Positions 1 to 9,500 of a DNA stretch of 24,363 bases are shown in pieces. A program made the translations under genes and the position numbers. Below the pieces are notes generated by a model, which did not search any database, was not told where the DNA came from, and saw only the letters and a program-made list of their open reading frames with translations. Positions within the stretch are counted from its first letter, which is position 1. The number at the start of each line of letters is the position of its first letter. Source of the stretch: a virus (Duplodnaviria > Caudoviricetes); the IMG/VR virus record IMGVR_UViG_3300032309_000007, positions 1-24,363 of that record. One strand, written 5' to 3'.

Positions 1-510
1 ACGACCAACACCACCAAATACCTGACCGACCAAGTACTCGATCTGGTCTGGGGTTGGGCTGATAACACCCTGTTTAAACTCTGTACCACCACTTAGCCGG
101 TTGATGCCGTATGCAAGAGCCTCGGTAATTCCAGAAGCATTCTGAGATTTACGTGTATAGCCCGGGGTTGGCACTAGGCTGTTAATGTCCTCACGGGCGA
201 TTGGCTTGCCGGTGAAGTCTTTGTTTTCAGCCAGTGCCACGATTGGGTCAGCGATAGTGGGTGCCAAGGTCTGCACGAATGTCGCACTACCCAATGGGTT
301 GAATCCGTCGATAATCATGTTGGCTGTTTCAAATACGCTCTTGCCAACGTTTTTGTCATCGGACATTGCAAATTCCATCACACGACGACCAAAACCGGGG
401 ATGATGTTGTAGCCAAGAGGCATCGGCACCGCAAGGTATTTGCCATCGCCGTAAGGAATGATGAACGACTTATCTTTAACAAAGTCGGGAACCTCGTCAT
501 CATCAAGACC
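1..510 (-). other. LPD38-like C-terminal domain of the giant protein (partial)
   Basis: DDEVPDFVKDKSFIIPYGDGKYLAVPMPLGY...NPLGS...PTIADPIVALAENKDFTGKPI resembles the LPD38 pattern (P-x-P-x-G ... N-K-D-F-x-G-x-P-I) as I recall it. Confidence 0.7.
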
Positions 511-3500
511 AGCCATCGCTAGAAGAACCGCCTGCATTAGTCCGAGGGTAATACCACCCATGACAATCTTCTTACCAGTTGGGGATAGTTTCCCATCAGG
601 TGTAAACAGTGTCTCTGCGATACGTGTCGTTCCCTGAACAGATGCATTAAAGAACGCATACAGGGTTTGGAAGTTCCTTGACATCGCACCGGTACGGTTA
701 AAGTTTACGGTGATATTCTTGGCAAGACTTGCCGCTTTCTCCTTAGACATACCCTTATCAAGGGCATTCTTATAGACCGATACCCGGATAGCGTTTTCAA
801 TTGCATCGTTAAAGTCTGACAGCCAACGCATGACTGCCTTGCCTTTGCCTTTGAGTGGCTTACCGGACTTGAAATCTTCTAAGTCTTTTTGGAGTTGTTC
901 GGCACGACTTTGAGAATCCTCGAACAGATCTCTATACCCTGTCTTGCCACCCTCTAATTCAAACTCTTCAAATATATTTGCCCACTTAGAATCAGCAGGC
1001 AGACCCTGACGCTGACGGCGAAGGTCAGAATAGATATCCTTAATCGATCCCAAGGCATCAGAGATAATCTTACGTTCATTACCTTTTAACGGTGTGCTTT
1101 GAAGGTTCAGTACAGCACCACCAATATCACGCATAAGGTTATAGATACCGAACGCAGGGTTGTACTGGGTATTCACAGAGGCAAAGAACCTTGTTGCTTT
1201 ACCTACCGCATTGATTGTGCCTTTGTAGTAGTCACCGGCTGTGCCCATCATCTTGATCGCTTCTGCTTGTTGCTGTGCGTCTAGATTCTTAAGCGTGGTT
1301 GCCATACGCATTGCACGTTCATCGTTCTTATTGAAACCAATGAACCGATCCTGACCGTTAATTCTTGTTACAAATATGTTTTCAGCCTTCGCCCAACTTG
1401 GCGGTATGCGCTGAACAACTAACCCAGTAGCCTTGTCTATGGTCTTTTGATATGGCCTAGATGACATCTCATTGATCATCTGATCTGCTTCGTCAGGATC
1501 AATACCAATACCAATCAATTCATTGCGGAGTGTCTGTTTATTTACCTTGCCCGGATCAATGACCCCCCAGAATCCTTTGTTGGGGTTGTTGAGAACCAAT
1601 CCGTACAATGCATTACCAACTCGGTTTTTCTCACCACGAACGATTGTTTTCTCACGTTGCATTGCAATGTTTGCAAGGACATCAACAACGCTACGGGTAG
1701 AACCCATACGGCGTTTTGTGGTTGATCCACGAATCTGATATCCACGACCAGTGCTGATTGGGTTGCCCTCCGTCTCCTCACGGAACAAGGGAACGTACTT
1801 CTTGTATGTTCTTTCCCAAGTGTCAATAGTCTTTTGATCTTCAAGACCATAGTCCACCATTAATTGGCGTGTTCCTTTGGTGATTGCATCTACATCTTTA
1901 GCGATTCTCTCAAGAGCATCACGTCTTGGAGCAGGCAAAGATTTCATGTAGTTAGCCGCCTCTTGATCAGACATCCCGGCGTTAGCATTTGGGTCAGGAT
2001 TAATTGATCTGATGTAGGAGTTAGCCTCAGGAGCATGACGGGCGAGAAGGTACTCATCCATCTGATCAAGAGATATGTCTGCACTTTCCATCTTCTTCAG
2101 CAATGGCTGAAGTTCTCGATCCATAAAGAATTTTATACGTGTAGCAGAACGTCCGTGGAAAAGTTCTTCTTTCAGGTAAGCATTCCATTTATCAGCAATG
2201 TCTTTTCCTGCACTACGAATTCCGTCTATTACCCGTTTTAAATCAATCTGCTTGTTTTGCAACAAGTAGATTAAGTTATCCCTAGACGTATTTGGATCAA
2301 CATTAAATGTGTTCTGCGGGATACGCTGTGCTGTATCTGTGTTGATTGGTTCTACAAAAGAATACTGAATACGCTTATCAGAAGGGTCAAACTCACCAGT
2401 ATTGCTTACAGCAGACTTAATTTGATTTGGAGAGAAAGCAACTAACTCAGTTAAATTTCTATCTTTGTACTGTAATATTCCATCAAACCCTTGTTTTGTT
2501 GCTCTGCTCTTAACCTCGTTTGTGATATAGCCTTTGTCTTCATAGGCTTTTTCCACAATCTGATCTGCTTTATCTCGGTCAACTCCAAGCCTTACCAAGG
2601 CTTCTATCATTGGATCTCTAGAAATAGATCCATCAATAACAAGCGGATTGGTTATATGAGCATAGACCGGGATAACATTTCCACCCTCTTCTTTTGCGTA
2701 TTCTTCAGCAAAATCTTGAGACGGAGTTAGATAAATACCATTACCTAACGAACCACCTTCTTTGCCAGCCTTGAAAAATTCAATGTCTTTAGTGGTTCCG
2801 TGATACAGAACTATTGGATTTCCTGATTCATCTATCAAGACACTGTTTTGATAAAACTTTTTAAATTCTGGTGAGGATGTATCAACTGGTTTAAACTCAT
2901 CACGAATTGATAACTTCTTAACTCCAAGTGTCCCTGCCTTGGTGGGTGCAATCTCTGTAACAGGAGAAGCCTCAAGTACCTTTGACGGCTTGATTACTTT
3001 AACCTCGGATGGCTTTATTTGAACACGACCATCGCCTGCCACTACATTCATTCCACGGATAGGCTCAACAAACTCTTGTGGCATGGACGGGGCACGGCCT
3101 GAGAATATAGAGTTTCCATAACGACGCTCAGGTTGATTCTGTACGTACATCGTCACAATAGACATTGCATCATCTTGTGGGGAAACTATTAGAGAGTTTC
3201 TGCCGTCATAGATGATGAACTTATCGCCCTCTTTGAATATCCGATTGTATTTCTGTGCCGTGGTTTGAGCAGTCTTTACAATCTTCTCAAGCAATTCCTC
3301 TGCACCACCGGGGATGCGGGATGGATCAGACAACACACGATTTAATATGTGATTGGCACCATAGGACTGAGGACGGCGCATACGCTCATTATCTAACTCA
3401 GGCACTAGGTCATTGTGCGTACCTACTAACATACGGATAGGTTTGCCACCAAGTCTTTCGGGCATGAAACCAAGTATGCCGTTGGGGTTGCCACCAACAT

Positions 3501-6500
3501 CAGGGATCAAAGATGTGGACGGCTCAATTGATCCAAGTGCTATGGAATAACGAATGTCGTTGTTATCACGGGCGAACGTGCCAATGTTGCCAATAGCAGA
3601 CTTTATTTGGTTTGGATCGTAGACGGCGAAGTTTTTAACTCCAGCCTCTTTTACATAAAAACTATCGTGACCATTTAATTTTATGGCTTGCTGAACCAGT
3701 TCATCTTCAATATAGTTCCAAACACCAGAAGTCAGTTTTCTTTGGATATCGATGTCTCGAAGCGTGTAGTTTGGAGCAATCTTTCTAACGGAATCAACAA
3801 CTTCTTTAACATGATCTGTGTTTTCGTAATCAAAAGGATTTTCTGCTCGAACATAAAGTGGCATTATGTTTTGACCGCTAGGCAACATGACTTTGATTTT
3901 TTCACGAATTAAGTCTGCAACTTGAGGTTCAATAAAATCAAGTTTATATAATCTGTCAGAATCCCTTTGGTTTTGAATTGCTGCGTCACGAATCACCTTG
4001 GAAATTTCTTTGTTTTTGTACAACTCTGATGCCGATTCGCTAACAATTTTTAATCTTTGTTCCGGAGTAAAAATCTCTTGGAACATTTCCTTAATCATGT
4101 AATCTTCTGATGCTCCAGAAAATTGATACGCAAAACCCGGAAATTCAGTTACAAAAATTGCGTTGGCTTGTTTTGGCTCAAACTCAGTAATGTCCCGAGC
4201 CGTACCGTGATACATGACTTTGGGAGAGCCGTCTTCATTCCTGATTGTGCTATCACCAAACCACTGTTTAAACTCAGGCGTGTCGATCTGGCGCAGAGAA
4301 TACTTGCGGTCACCAATTTGGATCTTGCCTTCCTCAGGACGCTCTTCTACTTCCTGACGGGTGCCACGGGAGATAACCGGGACATCTGCGCCAAGCACAA
4401 CAGCCATCCCCATATCCGGTATGGCGTATCCATCGTAGCCTGCGTCAATTACAGAGGATTCAAATGCGTTGGCATCGAACTGTCCGTCAGGGGTACGAGC
4501 CGCACTTGATAAGGCTTGTGCTTCTGGGCTGGGGCCTAATAGGTTGTTTAAACGTTGTATATGGACTTCGTTGCCCAGACCTGCTTCTGGCATCGGCATA
4601 CGTCCATTGGGATACGGGATATAGAAATAAGCCCGTTCACGTATACGGGGGTCAGTCGATTCAGAAAGACGCTGTGCCTCTGCGCCCTTGATGCCCGTTC
4701 CGTACATGGAACCGGCAAGACTATCTACTCGTTGCTTTCCGTAGTGGACTGCGTCGTAGGATTGGGCGCTTGGTTGTTGTTCTCGTATTGAGATACCACT
4801 GCCAATGCCGGATCTGTCGATAGGTTCATCAGGTCTAAAGGCGATTCTTGGTCGCCAGTTGATTGTCCCGTCTCCTGCGAGGTCGAACCTCGTTGGAGGG
4901 AACTGATCTCGTAGAAGTTGCGCTTCTTGTAATCGTCCTCTGTTGCGGAGCGAATCAACATATTGATCTCCATCCGGGTACTTGACCCAATCATTTGCTG
5001 TAGATGTGAACTGAACGTTCATGTCTACAAAATGTGCATCCTTAATTCCTGTAGCGGCTTCAGCAACATTAGCGGCATTTGCAAGAGCCTCTAATTGTTT
5101 CTTGTTCCACTTACCACTAAAGTTTACCAAACGAATACCGGGAACGCCATCAACTTTTACTTGTTGGAAGCCCGGAGCGATTGGATCGCCATTCTTATCT
5201 TTAGGCATGGCCTTCAGGTACTCGGTAAAGAACTCTACTGCTTTGCTCTGGTTGTTTAAACTCGGTGAAAGAATATCGATTGCGGAGTTTTTGCCAGATG
5301 CCAGAGGTCTTGTATTGATAACTTCCGTCTGTTGGAAGACGTAACCAACCATGTCCATAAAGGAATCTACAGATTCCGGAGAGCCTACTGCATCTACCTG
5401 AATCGATCCTTCCACGTAGGTTAGGTAAGCACCGATACCGTCAATACTTTGGGTAACCTTGATATTGGATATCTTGGCTAGGTCATTAATAATGTTCTGA
5501 GCGTCTTTGACGGGGATCTCTTTGCCCATCAAGCGGCCCGTCATAACAGATCCTGTGCCCGGGGCTAGTCCAATCGACACACGGCGGGTATTGCCGTTAA
5601 CGATATCTCGCACAAACTCGGGCTTCACGCCCATGAATTTCTGCATATTGACCCAACCCACGGCCTGAACCTCACGGGCTGTCCAACCACCGCCCATGTA
5701 CTTCTGACGGTTTAGATAGTTTGCAACGTCGTTATAGAAGTCCACCCCGTATTCGTACTGAGGTTCTCCAAATCGGGCTGTATCTATATCCAGTGAGTCA
5801 GCCGCATCCTTGCCAAACTTCTTGGATACAAACTCCTTGACTGTGTCATCTATAAAGCCAATATCTCGCTGTGCCCATACATCGATGGCGGCAGGCTGAC
5901 GACCTTCTTTCTTGTCTCCCATAACTGTACGGAGAGACTTGCCTAGTTCGCTATCCACAAAGTCCAGTAACTTGGCACCGATACCGCCCTCAGGAACTTC
6001 TCCCTTGAGCGCTGCCACCAGAGACTTCTCGTTTAAACCGGCTTTCTTGATGCGTAACTTGTTCTCGGCTATATCCGAAGCCCGTAGGACATCAGTGAAT
6101 CCCTTGGTGGGACTAGCCCGTTGTTGGGATAAAAGCCACGCTAGAGAGAATTCTGAAGCCCGATCCCCAAATACCGGGGTAAAGAAGTCATTAAGTTGCT
6201 GATACCAACCACGGGCATCCTCAATCTCAGGAACAGACATCGTGTTCTGTACACGCTCTTTCCAATCCTGTGGGGTGATCTTGCCTATGATTAACTTTTC
6301 TTTGCCCTTACCAAATACCAATCGGTCATTGGAGGGGGCACCCACGCCCTCTGCACGACCTAGGCGGCGGCGAAGTCTACCTTCTGCGTCCTCAGGGGTT
6401 ACGTACTGAGCCAGTGGGCTAGTGGGTTCTTGAAGAGAGAACTTTGTCTCTTCAATAAAGTCTGGGTCGGTAAACTGATTAAGGCGGGAATTTAATTCGC

Positions 6501-9500
6501 CAATATCGTTGTAGTCTGGTTCCCTGCTCAGCGCTTGACGGGCAAAGGCTTCCATCTCACGGTTTAAACGATTACCAAGTTTGGTGGCTGCTGTTTTGGC
6601 TCGACTATACCCGCCAACATTTACTCGATCATCAGCCGCTTGAACACGGCGATGCAAATCAATCAAAGACTGGGGAGGGTCAATTTGATTAAATTTTCCA
6701 GCCGCTGCCCTACGTGCCTCAAGCATTGCCTTACTTGCTTCAAGCGAGTACTTTTGCTCCCCAGCAACTGCCGCACCGGGGCCGGTTAAGGCGCCTTCCT
6801 CAACTCGTGTAAACACATCGTTGGCGGTCTGGAAGCCAGATCCACGGAACGCATTACCTAGAGCCTCAAAGAATGTTTTGACTTTGCGGAACAGTGCCCC
6901 GATCATTCCTGATGGTGGCTTGGTCTGATCGAAGTCTGAGAAGGCATCAGCGATGGCCTCTTCAATCTGAGAATCTTTATCAAGACTGCCATACCGCTGT
7001 TCTATGTTGTACTTCTTTATCCACTCAGACTTGGCTTTATTCTCAAGAACACGCCATTGATCAGGTGTAAAGAATCCCAAATCCTTTAGGGCATGGAGTG
7101 TCTCGTGACGTGCGGCACGGATTGGGTTTTCCGAATCTAGGGCAATCTCAATGAGTTTGGCAACATAGGATCCATTAGCAGAAGACACGCCTTCCCTAAC
7201 GTTTAAACCTTTTGCCTTAGCGTCATTCAGGACTGCCATGACTTCGTTGAACTTGGGGGTGCCTGCTGGTGGCTGGGTATAAAAGCCCATCGGCCTGCCG
7301 TCTGGGCCATCAATAATGAACCCTTTAACTGACAGGCTTTCAACAATGTTTAAACGTACTTGTTGCAGCCCTAACTTGTCCAAGGTTGCCCGCAGACGTT
7401 TATTGATCTCCGGTACTTCTTTCTCAACCTCAGGCATAAAGCGGACAGTAATCCCAACTGCACGGAGTTTCTCAGCCGCCGCTTGTGCGTCTCCGGTGAT
7501 CTTTATCTGTACCGGTGCGGCAAGGGGAGGAAGACCGGCTTGTTGTCTAAACCGGCGCTCTTTTTCTCTTGTAGCCTCAGCGTATAAACGACGTGGAGTG
7601 GCACCTCGGATGGTGCCTGTCGGGAGTTGTTGCTTACCGAAAGGCTCCTCTAGGGCACCTTCTACGTCAGATCTTGGGGCGGCATTAATTACCCCATCTA
7701 ACTGCTCATCACTCAGACTTTGGATAGCGGCAATGTCAGCATCTTCCTTAGTCGGATAGGTGCCAATTGGTTTGCCGTTATCAAACAGGGTGTAGCCAGT
7801 ACGAGACCTAGGCTTTGCTTTGGCTTTAATTTGCAGAGGCTGCGATACAGACTCAATCTTGCTGTTTAAATTGCCTAAGTTGACTTCCTGCTTCTGGATC
7901 TTTGCTTGAATTCTCTTGTACTCAGGAGAGCCTTCCTCTCCAACCTCTTGGAGTTGGCCTAGTCTTTGTTTATCTAACTCAATACCTGAGGAGACTCTGT
8001 CAATCTCCCCAGTTATCCGAGCAACCTTGGTCTCACGGTTTTGATTGGCTTTAGCGACCAGATCTTCGGCAGCGCCCAGAGTAGGACGAAACTGTTTAAA
8101 CGTTCCGTCTTCAGAGACTATGTCGTAGCCAACGGCCTCAGACTCCATGAAGTCACCACGGCGAATGTCTGGCCCCGGAACCACGCTCTTTGGAACAAAT
8201 GGGACAGAGATATTGATACTAGTCCCTACGGTGCCCCTTGTCGGAGAAGCCGATAAATCACCACGCTGAATCGCCGTCTGTAATAAACGTTCCGCATCTT
8301 TAGGGTCTGTAAGCCCCGAGAAGTCCATAATGTCCTGAACCGTAGCCGCTTTCCCCTGTGGCCCAGTGTTGAGGACAGTTTTCTTGAGACCATTAATTGT
8401 TTTGTCGTATGTTTTTTCATCAAAAACTGTCGCAACGCTTCCTGTTGGAAGTTTTGTCAACTCCGTAAAGTCAGGCAAAGCGGAGAGGGATTGTTGCGCC
8501 GCAAACAATTGTTGAGCGGTCATCCTTCTAACGTCAGGTGTACCTGTTGTTCGGGTTAAGAATTCTGCAAACCCCGGATCTTGAACATCAATATTCTTGG
8601 AAACTGCAACGTCAAAAATATTTCTAGGTGTGACAGATACGGTTTCGTCATACCCCATCTTCCTGCCAAGCATTTCGCTAATAGCATTCTTATTGGGAGC
8701 AAGATCGTATAGATCCTCAACCGTGAACTGCTGAATAGCAGGCAAGCCACGCTCTTTACGTGCCTTATTAATATCGTTGACAACCTTGGGGCCAAGATCA
8801 TTTGCATCAAAACGAATGCCAAGCGGGTCTTGTAAGTTAACTTCTTGGGCTGGGGCACCAAGCAATAGAACAGGCTTTCCTGTAGCGGGATCTATCTGAG
8901 GTGTAGCCCCCAGTGCTCCCATAGCCTGATTCATTTTTTCTTGTTCTTGGGCGGCAATAACTGCCTGCTGTTGCTGTGCAATCCTTTGCTGTTCAGCCTC
9001 TTCTTTTAGTCTTTCTTGGGTCTTGAGTTGTTCATATAACTGACCCCGTTTACCCCGGGTAGCCAACTCAATAGCACCCTGAGCAAAGGCACCAATCGAT
9101 GCACCCATAGCCGCATCACCAAGAGCAGACTCTCCCACCTCTAGATTCGGGTTATAGATACCCTTGGCAATAAGGTCTTGGGCAACGTTTGCCATGCCCT
9201 CTTGAAGACCCTCTACGCCGCCGGTAGCGACCATCCGCTTTGCACTGTTAAATAGCCCCGGTGCAATAAGGTCAGCCTGAGACTTAGGAACCCCACGAAG
9301 AATTTGTTCGATTGGCCTAGTTAAAAGTTTAACTGGCGCTAACTCGCTGAATCCAACCGCTGTACCACCCAGTTGAGCCGCAAACTCCTGTCCTGCTGTA
9401 GCGTCTGCCTGACCTTCTAGACGGGCTTGTTCGGCACGAGATCTTGCCTCTTCTGCACCGACACTACCGGCTTGACCTAACTTAGCGGCAAGACCAATAC

